Notes: generated by a model not told the origin, from the sequence alone. Positions 29,133-39,417 are shown, counted from the stretch's first letter. The stretch: 63,123 nucleotides of DNA from an uncultured Gammaproteobacteria bacterium (GCA_964569045.1 CAZMSR010000006.1:1-63123); one strand, 5' to 3'. Numbers and translations are program-made.

Positions 29133-31109
29133 TTATTCTTCTTCGATTATTTTAACTAATTTATGAAAATTTAAAATGTCACCAACTTCAATAATAGGTT
29201 TGCCTTGGTACTTTAAGCCACATTCTTTATCTATCTCAACATTTTTTACGTCTTGTTTTCCTGATTGTAAATTAATCATTTCGCCTGAGCTTATTATTTC
29301 TTTATTTCTTAGAACTTCAATTTTGGAGTTTGCTTCAGCTTGGCCATGAATAACCTTACCACCAACAATTTGCGCGTTATTTTCGGTTCTAAAAATAGCT
29401 AATACTTTTAGTTTTCCAATTTCTACTCGTTTGTATTCGGGTTCTACTAATTCTTTAAGTTCTTTTTGAGCGTAATCTATTAGGTCGTATATTATATGGA
29501 ACAACTTTGTTTCTACATTTTTTGTTCTGGCTAATTCTTCTATAGAAGGGGAGAGCTTGACATTAAAGCCAAGTAGTATTGCTTTTGCAGACTCTGCTTT
29601 AGCTACATCTCCTTCGGTTATATTACCAAGGCCTCTTGAGATTATTTTGATTTTTGCTTTTTTGCTATTTAGTTTTTCAAGAGATTCTTCAATGGCTTCG
29701 CCAGACCCTAGTACATCAGTTTTTAAAACTATATTTAATTTAACAATGTTTTCATCTTCTGGTTCATTTTGAGTTTGTGATGTTTGCGTTTTTTTGGAAT
29801 TAGTTTGTATTTTTTTAAATTTCATTTTTTGCCCTATACCTACTTCCATTATATCTCCAACGCGCGGGGCAATTTTTAAGCCAATTATTTTTGCAGGAGT
29901 TGATGGGGTTGCGTTTTTTATATTTTCTCCGTGATGATTTTTTAATGCTTTGGCTTTTCCATAGTAGATATTATTAAAACATAGTTCATTCCCAATATTT
30001 AATGTTCCGTTTTGAATTAAAATTGTGGCAACCGGTCCTTCTCCTTTGTCAATGTGAGATTCGATTATTGTTCCGATTGCAGTAGTGCCTGGGTTTGCTT
30101 TAATATTTTTGTCTTCAATCTCAGCGGTTAATAATACCATGTCTAGTAAATCTTCAACGCCTTGGTTTTTTTTGGCTGATATTGGAGCACATATTGTTTT
30201 ACCTCCCCAGTCTTCAGGAGTTATGTTTAAAATGGTAGATAATTCTTGTTTTGTTTTGTTAATATCAGCGCCATCTTTATCAATCTTATTAATTGCTACT
30301 ATAAAGGGAATTTTGGCTGATTTGATCATGTTAAATGATTCAATTGTCTGCGGCTTTACTCCGTCATCAGCTGCTACTACTAGTATCGCAATATCAGCTA
30401 CTCTGGCGCCTCTTGAGCGCATTGCAGTAAAGGCTTCATGGCCGGGTGTATCAATAAAGGTAATAAATTGATTTTTGCGTTTTACTTGATATGCTCCAAT
30501 GTGTTGTGTTATTCCACCGGCTTCGCCTTCGATTACATCGGTTTTTCGAATAGCATCAAGCAAGCTGGTTTTTCCATGGTCAACATGACCCATTACCACT
30601 ATTACCGGTGGGCGCGAAATAGCTTTTTTTTCTTCTGATTCATTTGTTATGATATTTTTTAGTTTTTCACTTGCAGTGTCGCTTAGTGTATCTTCAGCTT
30701 GTTTGTTTAATTCCACTCTAATTCCTAAGTCTGAGGCTATTATTGAGGCTGTATCAAAATCAATTTTTTCATTAATAGACGCAAATATTCCATTTTTCAT
30801 TAATTCCGGTAATACTTTACTTACGGGTAGGTTTAATGAGCTAGCAAATTCCTTGACACTTACATAGCTTGGAATAGATATTATTTTGCTTGTTTCAGTT
30901 AATTTTGAAGCTGTTGATTCTTTATTAATAGTTTCTTTTTGAGGCTCTAGTTGCCTGGTTAGCTTTTTCCAATCGCGTAATATTGTTTGAGCGGTTCTTG
31001 AATCTATTTTTATAGCTTTTGCTCCAATATCAAAACCAATCTCAGGCAAGGTTGAGAGCAATTCTTTTGGGGTAACTTTTAGTATTCTGGCTAATTCGCT
31101 TACGTTCAT
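29133..31109 (-). CDS. infB: translation initiation factor IF-2
   Basis: 658 aa. G domain RPPVIVVMGHVDHGKTSLLD, DTPGHEAF, AINKID, and conserved C-terminal domains. Confidence 0.95.
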   Translation of the reverse strand: MNVSELARILKVTPKELLSTLPEIGFDIGAKAIKIDSRTAQTILRDWKKLTRQLEPQKETINKESTASKLTETSKIISIPSYVSVKEFASSLNLPVSKVLPELMKNGIFASINEKIDFDTASIIASDLGIRVELNKQAEDTLSDTASEKLKNIITNESEEKKAISRPPVIVVMGHVDHGKTSLLDAIRKTDVIEGEAGGITQHIGAYQVKRKNQFITFIDTPGHEAFTAMRSRGARVADIAILVVAADDGVKPQTIESFNMIKSAKIPFIVAINKIDKDGADINKTKQELSTILNITPEDWGGKTICAPISAKKNQGVEDLLDMVLLTAEIEDKNIKANPGTTAIGTIIESHIDKGEGPVATILIQNGTLNIGNELCFNNIYYGKAKALKNHHGENIKNATPSTPAKIIGLKIAPRVGDIMEVGIGQKMKFKKIQTNSKKTQTSQTQNEPEDENIVKLNIVLKTDVLGSGEAIEESLEKLNSKKAKIKIISRGLGNITEGDVAKAESAKAILLGFNVKLSPSIEELARTKNVETKLFHIIYDLIDYAQKELKELVEPEYKRVEIGKLKVLAIFRTENNAQIVGGKVIHGQAEANSKIEVLRNKEIISSGEMINLQSGKQDVKNVEIDKECGLKYQGKPIIEVGDILNFHKLVKIIEEE

Positions 31110-31218
31110 ATATTAAAAAATTTTAGAGTTTCTAATGCATTAAATTTAGCTTACATTAAATTATTTTGTTCGTCAATTATGGTTTGTATTTTTTTATATA
31201 GGAAAATGTTTGATTTAA

Positions 31219-31247
31219 TTGACATATTAGTGTATTATGAATATATG
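31219..31247 (+). promoter_or_regulatory. putative promoter of the two-CW gene
   Basis: TTGACA (31219-31224), 17-nt spacer, TATATG (31242-31247). A GGAG ribosome-binding site lies ~9 nt before ATG 31306. Confidence 0.3.
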
Positions 31248-31305
31248 ATCAAAGTAAGTTCTTTTGATTAAGTTGTTAACGATCAAATCAGTCTGGAGTA
31301 GTGGT

Positions 31306-31614
31306 ATGTTGTATGCAGAGCAAGTTGATAAAACTTTTGAAAAAGCAACTGAAATAAAAAATGGGGGCTTGAATTGTTGGGTAGTAAAGCAATGTGGCAG
31401 AAAAGCCGGTCAGCCAATTGGTTATGATAGATTGTTTTGTCCGATTCCTGTCAAAAGGAATCCTGAAAACCCATTATCGGGTGATTATTCCGGCAAGACA
31501 TGCTGGAAAATGAAAAATGCTCTTTGTAAAAAGGAATTAGTTAACTCTGGTGTCTCAGTAGACATAGGAGATTGCGAGAATTGTGAGGTTTACAGAAGTC
31601 ATATGATGCAATAA
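31306..31614 (+). CDS. stand-alone two-CW domain protein (Cys-rich)
   Basis: NCWVVKQCGRK..FCPIP..GKTCWKMKNALCKKE..IGDCENCEVY reproduces the two CW motifs and eight-Cys spacing of proteins annotated as two-CW domain. Start set at ATG 31306, which has a GGAG RBS, whereas track start 31264 is TTG. Confidence 0.6.
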   Translation: MLYAEQVDKTFEKATEIKNGGLNCWVVKQCGRKAGQPIGYDRLFCPIPVKRNPENPLSGDYSGKTCWKMKNALCKKELVNSGVSVDIGDCENCEVYRSHMMQ

Positions 31615-31649
31615 TCTTCGTATTAAGTTTTTTTATGTCTCTAGTTTTA

Positions 31650-32495
31650 CTAGGGGCTCTTTTTTTGGCATTTTGGACAGTAAAATGCACTTCTCCCAGC
31701 TAATTTTTTCCTTAGAATTATTGTTTTGCATTCTTGGCAGGGTTTGTTTTCTTTTCTATATACTTTTAAAATTTTTTGAAATTTGCCTGTTTTTCCGTTG
31801 GTGTCTCTGTAGTCAGAGTCAGATGTTCCTCTTGATCTGATTGCTTTTGTAAGTATTTTTTTGGTGGAATTCCAAATTTTTTTTATCTGTGCGTTGTTTA
31901 AGTTAGTGTTTAACATAAATGGATTTATCTTGGCCTCGTAGAGAATTTCGCTTCTGTATATATTGCCTATACCAGAAATGGCTTCTTGTAGAAGCAAAAA
32001 TGTCCCAATTTTAGTTTTTGGAGCTTTGTGTAGTGCGTCTTTAAATTGATTAAAAGTAATATTTAGAGCGTCTAATCCGAGTTTTTTTATTGATGGTAAA
32101 TCATGAATTTTAGAGGTGGAAACTAAATTTATCCATCCAAATTTGCGTAAGTCAGAAAATTTTAGAGAATTTCCATTTTTAAAGTAAAAGATATGATGAA
32201 TATATCCGTTTACTTTTTCGTTTAGTAAAGAATTTGATTTATTATTGTCTAGTAATAAGTGGCCGGTCATTTTTAAATGAATTACTATAGTGTGATTGTT
32301 GTTAAGATTAATTAATATATGTTTTCCTGTTCGTTTTGTGTTTAAAACTTTAGTGTTTTTTATTTTATTTTGGAATTTTTTCAAGGGTAATTTTAGGCCT
32401 TTTTCCCAATTACTCCAAAATTGAATTATGACATAGTCTTTGATTTTTTTATTTAAATCTGTTACTATTGTTTCAACTTCTGGTAATTCCGGCAT
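31650..32495 (-). CDS. mutM: formamidopyrimidine-DNA glycosylase
   Basis: N-terminal MPELPEVE, H2TH region, C-terminal zinc finger CQECKTIILRKKLAGRSAFYCPKCQ. Confidence 0.9.
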   Translation of the reverse strand: MPELPEVETIVTDLNKKIKDYVIIQFWSNWEKGLKLPLKKFQNKIKNTKVLNTKRTGKHILINLNNNHTIVIHLKMTGHLLLDNNKSNSLLNEKVNGYIHHIFYFKNGNSLKFSDLRKFGWINLVSTSKIHDLPSIKKLGLDALNITFNQFKDALHKAPKTKIGTFLLLQEAISGIGNIYRSEILYEAKINPFMLNTNLNNAQIKKIWNSTKKILTKAIRSRGTSDSDYRDTNGKTGKFQKILKVYRKENKPCQECKTIILRKKLAGRSAFYCPKCQKKSP

Positions 32496-32511
32496 GATAA
32501 ATTAGATTTTT

Positions 32512-33666
32512 ATGTTAATTATTCATTACTCTGAAATAGGTCTAAAGGGTGGAAATAGGGAGTATTTCGAAAATAAATTAATAGAAAATATTAGAACCTT
32601 ACTTATTACTGTAGTGGATAATTGTTTTATTTGCAAAAAAATATTTGGTAGATTATTAGTTGATTTCAAGAAAGATTTAACCAAGGTTGAAATTCAAAGT
32701 ATAAAAAAAAGGTTAGGTGATATTTTTGGTATTGCTAATTTTTCTTTTGTGAAAGCTGTAGAGGCTGATATTGACTTAATTGAAAAAGAAATTTTAAAAG
32801 AATTAAAAAAAAGAAATTTTAATACATTTAGAATAAGTGCTCGTCGGGCAGATAAAAATTTTAAATATAATTCGCAAGAAATAAATATAATAATTGGTGC
32901 AAAAGTAGTTGAAAATTTTAATAAAAAAGTAAGTCTAAAAGATCCAGATATTAATTGTTATATCGAGTTAGTGGGGAAGTGTGCTTATGTGTATTTTGAC
33001 AAGTTTAAAGGCTTGGGCGGATTGCCTGTCGGGGTAAGTGGTAAGGCTTTGGTGCTAATATCCGGTGGTTTTGACTCACCGGTTGCAGCATGGTTTGCGT
33101 TAAAGCGTGGTATTCGATTAGAATTTATTCATTTTCATTCAATGCCTTATACATCAAAGACTTCGTTAGATAAAGTTAAAACGTTAATTAAAATATTAAG
33201 TAAATATGGAGCTAGTTCTAAGCTTTATTTAATTCCTTTTGCAGATATTCAAAAAGGAATAATGATTAATTGCCCTGAGAAATTACGTGTTATTTTATAC
33301 AGGCGTATGATGATGCGTATATCAGAAAATATAGCGACGCAAAGGAATTGCAAGGCATTAGTCACCGGCGAAGCAGTGGGGCAGGTAGCTTCGCAGACTT
33401 TAGAAAATATGCGCGCAATAAGTGATGTAGTTAATTTACCTATAATTAGGCCACTTGTGTGTTTTGACAAAGAGGATATTTTAGTAAAAGCTAGGTCTAT
33501 CCGTACTTATGATATTTCAGTTAAGCCTCATGATGATTGCTGCACTCGCTTTGTTCCCAAGCACCCTGAAACAAAGGCTAAGTTAGACGAAGTTAAGAAA
33601 GCTGAAAAATTAATAAATATAGATGAATTATTAAATTCAGTTTTGCTTAAAAATTGCACTAAGTGA
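32512..33666 (+). CDS. thiI: tRNA 4-thiouridine(8) synthase
   Basis: N-terminal ferredoxin-like/THUMP region, PP-loop LISGGFDSPVAAW. No C-terminal rhodanese domain. Confidence 0.88.
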   Translation: MLIIHYSEIGLKGGNREYFENKLIENIRTLLITVVDNCFICKKIFGRLLVDFKKDLTKVEIQSIKKRLGDIFGIANFSFVKAVEADIDLIEKEILKELKKRNFNTFRISARRADKNFKYNSQEINIIIGAKVVENFNKKVSLKDPDINCYIELVGKCAYVYFDKFKGLGGLPVGVSGKALVLISGGFDSPVAAWFALKRGIRLEFIHFHSMPYTSKTSLDKVKTLIKILSKYGASSKLYLIPFADIQKGIMINCPEKLRVILYRRMMMRISENIATQRNCKALVTGEAVGQVASQTLENMRAISDVVNLPIIRPLVCFDKEDILVKARSIRTYDISVKPHDDCCTRFVPKHPETKAKLDEVKKAEKLINIDELLNSVLLKNCTK

Positions 33667-33706
33667 AAAAGCATGCGTAGGATTAGTGGGCAGTTATATT
33701 CAATTA

Positions 33707-33741
33707 CTAAACTAATTCCGATAATTTCCTTATTAGTTTAG
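33707..33741. terminator. hairpin between convergent thiI and malic enzyme genes
   Basis: Perfect 10-bp inverted repeat ctaaactaat (33707-33716) / attagtttag (33732-33741). Confidence 0.4.
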
Positions 33742-33758
33742 GAATTGAGTATATTGTA

Positions 33759-34916
33759 TTATTTTATAACATTGGCAATGTTATCTACAATAAATTTATC
33801 TGTTAGTTTGGGTAGAATGTTGTCTTTACTTGGATTAATGCTATTGGCAATAGCAATTGCTGCTTTAATTTTCATTTTTTTAGTAACTTGTTTTACTTTA
33901 TTTTTTAATAGGCCTTTGAAGATTCCCGGAAACACAAGTGCATTATTAATTTGATTTGAAAAATCAGATCTTCCGGTGCCTACAATAGCTGCTCCGGCTT
34001 TTTTGGCAATATTTGGCATTATTTCAGGAATAGGATTTGCCATGGCAAGAATAATTGGATTTTTATTCATAGACTTTATCATCTTTACAGTAACTAGATT
34101 ACCAATAGATACTCCAATAAATACATCAGCTTTAACTAAGGCATCTTCTAGAGTACCGCATATTTTATCTTTATTCGGGATCTTAATATTTGAATTTTTA
34201 TTTATTTGTTTTAATATTTTTTGTTTATCCGAGTTTAGATCTTTTCTTAAATTGCACACTATTTCTTTGCTGTCAGCTAGGGTAATGTCTTTTATTCCAT
34301 AATGTGTTAGAAGATTTGTAATTGCAATGCCAGCAGCTCCGGCTCCATTTATTGCTATTTTCAAGTTTGTTATTTTTTTGCTAGTGAGTTTGCATGCATT
34401 AATTAGTGCGGCTAAGGTTACTATTGCAGTTCCGTCTTGATCGTCATGAAAAACAGGAATGTTTAGCTCTTTTTCTAGTCTTTTGAGTATTTCAAAGCAT
34501 CTTGGTGCACTTATGTCCTCTAGATTAATTCCGGCAAAACTTGGTTCAATATTTTTGCAAAATTTTATAATTTCTTCAGTTTTTGTGGTGTTGATACAAA
34601 GCGGCACTGCATCAATTTTAGCAAATTCTTTAAATATTATTGCCTTGCCTTCCATTACCGGCATAGCGGCTTCCGGGCCGAGGTCGCCTAAGCCGAGTAT
34701 TGCTGTGCCGTCGCTCACTATGGCTACTTGATTAGCTCTGTTAGTAAGACTCCATGAGTTTTTATTGTTTTCTGCAATTTTTTTACACACACTACCAACG
34801 CCTGGCGTGTAGGCTAGCGAAAGATCCTTTTTTGTTTTTAAGTTTACTTTGGATATGATTTCAATTTTTCCTTTATTTTTTTGATGAAGTTTTATTGAGT
34901 CTTGATCAAAGTTCAT
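33759..34916 (-). CDS. NAD(P)-dependent malic enzyme (short form)
   Basis: LSLAYTPGVG, VAIVSDGTAILGLGDLGPEAAMPVMEGKAIIFKEFA, INGAGAAGIAI. Confidence 0.88.
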   Translation of the reverse strand: MNFDQDSIKLHQKNKGKIEIISKVNLKTKKDLSLAYTPGVGSVCKKIAENNKNSWSLTNRANQVAIVSDGTAILGLGDLGPEAAMPVMEGKAIIFKEFAKIDAVPLCINTTKTEEIIKFCKNIEPSFAGINLEDISAPRCFEILKRLEKELNIPVFHDDQDGTAIVTLAALINACKLTSKKITNLKIAINGAGAAGIAITNLLTHYGIKDITLADSKEIVCNLRKDLNSDKQKILKQINKNSNIKIPNKDKICGTLEDALVKADVFIGVSIGNLVTVKMIKSMNKNPIILAMANPIPEIMPNIAKKAGAAIVGTGRSDFSNQINNALVFPGIFKGLLKNKVKQVTKKMKIKAAIAIANSINPSKDNILPKLTDKFIVDNIANVIK

Positions 34917-34934
34917 GATTGAGTTTATTGTTTG

Positions 34935-36173
34935 TTAATATATTGGATATTTTAAACAAAGGCTGCGAATTTCATTTTTAATGTCATTTAGTGCTGTTTT
35001 GTTTTCTTTATTATTAATTGCTTTATCTATTAGTCTTGAGATATTGATTATTTCTTGGTTTTTCATGCCTCTTGTGGTAATTGCTTGCACTCCAAATCTA
35101 ACTCCGCTTGGGTTTAGCGGTGGGTTGGGATCATTAGGGATTGTGGAACGACTAACTGAGATGCCAATTTGTTCTAGAATTGCTTCCGCTTCTTTGCCAC
35201 TTAATCCTTTTGAGATCATGTCTGCTACTATTAAGTGGTTGTCAGTACCACCTGAAATTATTTTATAGCCTAGGTCGATAAGCTCACTTGCCATTATTTT
35301 TGCATTTTGTATTACTTGTTTGGCGTATTCTTTGAATTCGGGTTTAAGTGCTTCGCCAAAGGCTACGGCTTTAGCGGCAGTTACGTGATCATGAGGTCCG
35401 CCTTGCATTCCCGGAAAGACTGCTCTATTGATTTGTTTTGCGTATTTTTCTTTGCACATTATCATAGCTCCTCTTGGCCCTCTGAGTGTTTTATGTGTTG
35501 TTGTTGAGACAACATCAAATATTGGCACAGGATTATTCATTAGGCCTGCCGCAATTAGTCCGGCGGTGTGAGCAATATCTGCAAATGTAAAGGCATCTAC
35601 TAAATCGGCTATTTTTTTGAAGCGTTTCCAGTCTATTTCTCTTGAATAAGCGCTGAATCCGGCAACTATCATTTTTGGTTTTTCTTTTAGTGCAATTTTT
35701 TCAACTTCATCCATATCTATATATCCATCTTTAGCTGATACGCCATATTGCACAAAATTGTATAACATTCCAGAGAAATTTACAGGATGTCCATGAGACA
35801 GATGTCCTCCGTGGTCAAGTTTTAGGCCCATAACCTTGTCTCCTGGTTTTAAAAAGGCAAGATAAACAGCCGCGTTTGCCGGTGAGCCACTTAATGGTTG
35901 GACATTAACATGCTCGGCTGAAAATAATTTTTTAGCTCGTTCAATTGCTAGATTTTCTATTTTATCTATTATTTGATTACCTCCGTAATACCTTTTACCT
36001 GAATATCCTTCTGAGTACTTATTTGTTAGTGAGGTGCCAAGTGTTTCAAGAACTGTTTTTGATACATAGTTTTCAGAAGCGATTAACTCCATTTCTTCGT
36101 TTTGACGTTTTGTTTCTTTGTATATAAGTTCGTATACTTGTGAGTCTTGCTTGAGAAGTGTTTTGTAGTTCAT
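34935..36173 (-). CDS. glyA: serine hydroxymethyltransferase
   Basis: ELIASENY, GYSGKRYYGG, PLP-lysine region VSTTTHKTLRGPRGA. Confidence 0.95.
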   Translation of the reverse strand: MNYKTLLKQDSQVYELIYKETKRQNEEMELIASENYVSKTVLETLGTSLTNKYSEGYSGKRYYGGNQIIDKIENLAIERAKKLFSAEHVNVQPLSGSPANAAVYLAFLKPGDKVMGLKLDHGGHLSHGHPVNFSGMLYNFVQYGVSAKDGYIDMDEVEKIALKEKPKMIVAGFSAYSREIDWKRFKKIADLVDAFTFADIAHTAGLIAAGLMNNPVPIFDVVSTTTHKTLRGPRGAMIMCKEKYAKQINRAVFPGMQGGPHDHVTAAKAVAFGEALKPEFKEYAKQVIQNAKIMASELIDLGYKIISGGTDNHLIVADMISKGLSGKEAEAILEQIGISVSRSTIPNDPNPPLNPSGVRFGVQAITTRGMKNQEIINISRLIDKAINNKENKTALNDIKNEIRSLCLKYPIY

Positions 36174-36197
36174 TTGATAGAGATTAAAGTAGTTATG

Positions 36198-36929
36198 TTA
36201 ATTAAGTTCAATTTCAATTACTCTTTTTAATTCACTGTTGCTAATTTCTCCCATAAATTCTTGTTTATTTATATATATAAATGGAACACCGGTGATATTT
36301 AGGGCATTACCTTCTTTTTTGTTATCAGTTATAATTTTTTTGACTTGTGTAGGGTTGTTAAAGCATGTATTGAATTTTTCTTGATCAAGGTTTGTATTTT
36401 GTACTAAAGATTTTATATTATTATCCTGATGTTTGGCAATAGTGTCTTGAAATTCCCAAAATTTATTTTGCTCTCCGGCGCATCTGGTAGCAATAGCAAG
36501 CTTATATCCGCGTGAGTCTTTGCCTGCTTTAATGGGGTAATCTTTCCACACTAAGGCTACTTTATTTTTATAGTTATTATTGATAATTGTTTTTATTTTT
36601 TGTAATTGATTTATGCAATAGCTACAATCGTAATCACCAAAATAGGTTATGATAACAGGTGATTTTTTAGAGCCTATTACTTCGTCAATGTCTGTTATGA
36701 TTGGACCTGTTAAAAGGCGTTCAAGTGTTTGTTTTGTTGTTATGTACGGATCACTAGTGTCGTAGAGGGTGGTGGTACTTGTTGTTCTTTGAGTTATTTT
36801 TGGTTTTATTTCTTTTGTTGTTGACTTGGAAGAAATCAGCGAATTTAATGCATTAAAGCAAATCGGTATAGCAGGAAGTGCAAGTATGGCACAAATAAGC
36901 AAGAGGATTGTTTTTTTTTGAGTTAACAT
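36198..36929 (-). CDS. exported DsbA-family thiol:disulfide oxidoreductase
   Basis: N-terminal hydrophobic anchor, active site DCSYC (CxxC), cis-Pro loop region ITGVPFIYIN. Confidence 0.75.
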   Translation of the reverse strand: MLTQKKTILLLICAILALPAIPICFNALNSLISSKSTTKEIKPKITQRTTSTTTLYDTSDPYITTKQTLERLLTGPIITDIDEVIGSKKSPVIITYFGDYDCSYCINQLQKIKTIINNNYKNKVALVWKDYPIKAGKDSRGYKLAIATRCAGEQNKFWEFQDTIAKHQDNNIKSLVQNTNLDQEKFNTCFNNPTQVKKIITDNKKEGNALNITGVPFIYINKQEFMGEISNSELKRVIEIELN

Positions 36930-36939
36930 ATAATGTTTT

Positions 36940-38169
36940 TTATTTTAGTCTAATTTGTTCAATGTTGTTTGTTTTGTTATCTGTAAAATAAAGATATTTA
37001 CCATTTTTAGAGACAACTAAGTTGCTAGCTGTGAAATTATTTTCAGGTATGGCAATAATTTTTTTTGCACCTGTTTTTATATTTATTTTATAGAATTTAT
37101 CAGGAATATTTTCAGCTAATTTTGGAAATATGCCGGCTCCTTCCGGTAATTCTTTTGGAACAGCGCAATACAATTCATGGTTTGTGTGAAAGGTGCATTT
37201 GGAAGCCCAGGTTTCAAGATGTAATCTTTTTCTATTCATGCCAATTGATTCACCGCGAGCATTAACAGACCAAAGAGTGGGTTTGTCAAAGCTTAAGCTG
37301 GAATAGGTTGAATATAGTAGTTTATCGCCTTGAGGTGCCCATTTATGTTCAAAGCCTCTGCCATGAATTACTGTTGATCTGAAGTTTTCTTTATTTTTTC
37401 CTATAAAATACACTTCTTGTCTGTCTAAATCAATCCCATCCAGCTCCATAGCAATAATCTGATTATTTGGTGACCAGCTTGGGTAAATATTTGCTGCATT
37501 AAGACCAATTGGTTCTATGCTTTTTGCTCCTGAGCCATCTTCATTTGCAATTGCAAGCCATCTGTTGTTTGGATCCAGACCAATACTTTTCATGATAATT
37601 TTATCTCCTCTTGGTGAGAATTTAAATTCTTCCCAGTGAGTGGGTAAAGTAATTTGTTTTTCTGTTTTGAAATTGTATATTATATTAGCTCCGTCTGGAT
37701 ATTCTATAATTGCTTTTTGTTTTGAAGGGGACCATTCGACTTTTTCAACATTAAAAAATTGTTTATCTGATAGTTTTTGAATTTTGCCATCGCTTGTAAC
37801 TGTGTAGAATTTTCCATCGTTTTGATTGTAGTATTGTAAGGCATCGCCCTTAGATGATGCGCTTGCTGCTCTTGTGTTGTGGTTAGATATTTTTTTGATT
37901 TGTGTTATTCCGCCAACAGCTATAGGGCTAGATTTTATAACTTGCTCTTTTCCTAGAATTTTAGCCGGAGTAGTTGGCTCTTCTGTGATTTTAATTGTAC
38001 CTTTATCAGCAATTGGAAGACCTTTAGTTGTTATAGTTTCTTTTTTTGGTTCTTCTGTGGGTAGCATTGGCTTAAAAAAAACAATGTATAGGAGGTAGCC
38101 GATTATGAATACTGTGACAATAAATCCAAATGCTAAAAAAAATTTTTTATACTTAGTGAAAATGTTCAT
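36940..38169 (-). CDS. membrane-anchored TolB-like beta-propeller (PD40 repeat) protein
   Basis: N-terminal TM helix followed by repeated WSPSKQKAII / FSPRGDKIIM / WSPNNQIIAM / WAPQGDKLLY blades. Confidence 0.65.
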   Translation of the reverse strand: MNIFTKYKKFFLAFGFIVTVFIIGYLLYIVFFKPMLPTEEPKKETITTKGLPIADKGTIKITEEPTTPAKILGKEQVIKSSPIAVGGITQIKKISNHNTRAASASSKGDALQYYNQNDGKFYTVTSDGKIQKLSDKQFFNVEKVEWSPSKQKAIIEYPDGANIIYNFKTEKQITLPTHWEEFKFSPRGDKIIMKSIGLDPNNRWLAIANEDGSGAKSIEPIGLNAANIYPSWSPNNQIIAMELDGIDLDRQEVYFIGKNKENFRSTVIHGRGFEHKWAPQGDKLLYSTYSSLSFDKPTLWSVNARGESIGMNRKRLHLETWASKCTFHTNHELYCAVPKELPEGAGIFPKLAENIPDKFYKINIKTGAKKIIAIPENNFTASNLVVSKNGKYLYFTDNKTNNIEQIRLK

Positions 38170-38335
38170 ATTTTTAAATGTAACTAAAATAAAAATTGTG
38201 TTATAATTAAATAAAAAAATGTGTAAAACTTATTTTTTCTTGATGATTAGCTGAAAATTTTAATAACTTATTTTTATTATATCTTAATTGAATAATATTG
38301 AAAATCATCAAAAACATATTTTTTAATAATTTACT

Positions 38336-39385
38336 ATGGCATTATTTTCATCAAATAAAAATTTTGTAGGTATTGATATAGGAACATCTGGAATTAAGGT
38401 TGTTGAGTTAATTAAGGATGGTAATTCAGTTGTTTTATCAAATTATGGGTTTAGTGAAAAAAAAATTGAGGATGTAGTCGCTCAGCAAAAAATTAATCAT
38501 AGTTATGTTGCAAAAGCAATTAACGAGGTTTTAAAAAAGAGTAAAATTCAAACAAGAAATGTGGTGACTGCACTTCCTACATTTTCGGTTTTTTCTTCGG
38601 TGCTTAGCTTAAAAGAAATTCCAGATAAGTCACTTGATCCTGCTATAAGGTGGGAAGCAAAAAAGATTATACCATTGCCGCTTGATGAAATGGTGCTTGA
38701 TTGGAAAAAAATTGAAACGTCAGAAAATGAGAAAAAAAAGAATGGTGTAATAAAGGTACTTATAACAGGCGCACCCAGGACGCTTGTTAATAGTTATATA
38801 AATATTTATAAAAAAGCAAAGCTTAATTTGTTGAGTCTTGAGACTGAAACATTTTCTTTAGTTAGATCACTTATTGGTAATGACAAATCTCCATTTATGA
38901 TAGTGGAAATCGGAGCCAGCACTACAGATATTTCACTTATTAATAATTCTATACCTGTGCTTAGTAGAAGTATTGATATTGGTGGTAAGGTGTTTACAGA
39001 GGCTGTTGCTAAAAAGCTTAAAGTTAATGTTGGGCGAGCTGAGCAATTTAAATGTGATCTTGGATTGAGTGCAATTGAGTTAACAGAAGAGGCGGTGCCA
39101 AAAATAATAAAAGAATCTGTTTCCCCAATTGTAAATGAAATTAAGTATGCTTTAAATTTATTCAAAAATAGTAATAACTTGGAAGTGGAAAAAATAATAT
39201 TATCCGGAGGTTCATCTATGCTAGCTAATTTAAGTAATTTTTTATCTAAGGAATTAGATAAAAAAGTTATTATCGGTAATCCATGGTCAAGAGTAATCTT
39301 TCCTCATGAGTTGACTCAGACTTTGGATGAGATTGGTCCAAAAATGGCTGTTGCGATTGGTTTAGCTATGAGGGAAGCGGGTTGA
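38336..39385 (+). CDS. pilM: type IV pilus assembly protein PilM
   Basis: Actin-like ATPase fold. VGIDIGTSGIKVVEL, VEIGASTTDISL, ILSGGSSMLANL. Confidence 0.85.
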   Translation: MALFSSNKNFVGIDIGTSGIKVVELIKDGNSVVLSNYGFSEKKIEDVVAQQKINHSYVAKAINEVLKKSKIQTRNVVTALPTFSVFSSVLSLKEIPDKSLDPAIRWEAKKIIPLPLDEMVLDWKKIETSENEKKKNGVIKVLITGAPRTLVNSYINIYKKAKLNLLSLETETFSLVRSLIGNDKSPFMIVEIGASTTDISLINNSIPVLSRSIDIGGKVFTEAVAKKLKVNVGRAEQFKCDLGLSAIELTEEAVPKIIKESVSPIVNEIKYALNLFKNSNNLEVEKIILSGGSSMLANLSNFLSKELDKKVIIGNPWSRVIFPHELTQTLDEIGPKMAVAIGLAMREAG

Positions 39386-39417
39386 TTAAAATAGATATTA
39401 CTTCTTAATTATTTATT

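Noticed and set aside
28796-31109. infB-rbfA operon lacking the usual upstream nusA as a rearrangement of interest.
   Set aside because: Operon fragmentation is common in reduced genomes, and nusA may simply lie elsewhere. Nothing in the sequence suggests a special mechanism.
31264-31305. TTG start extending the two-CW ORF by 14 codons.
   Set aside because: ATG 31306 is preceded by a GGAG at suitable distance. The extension adds no conserved sequence and would overlap the predicted promoter region.
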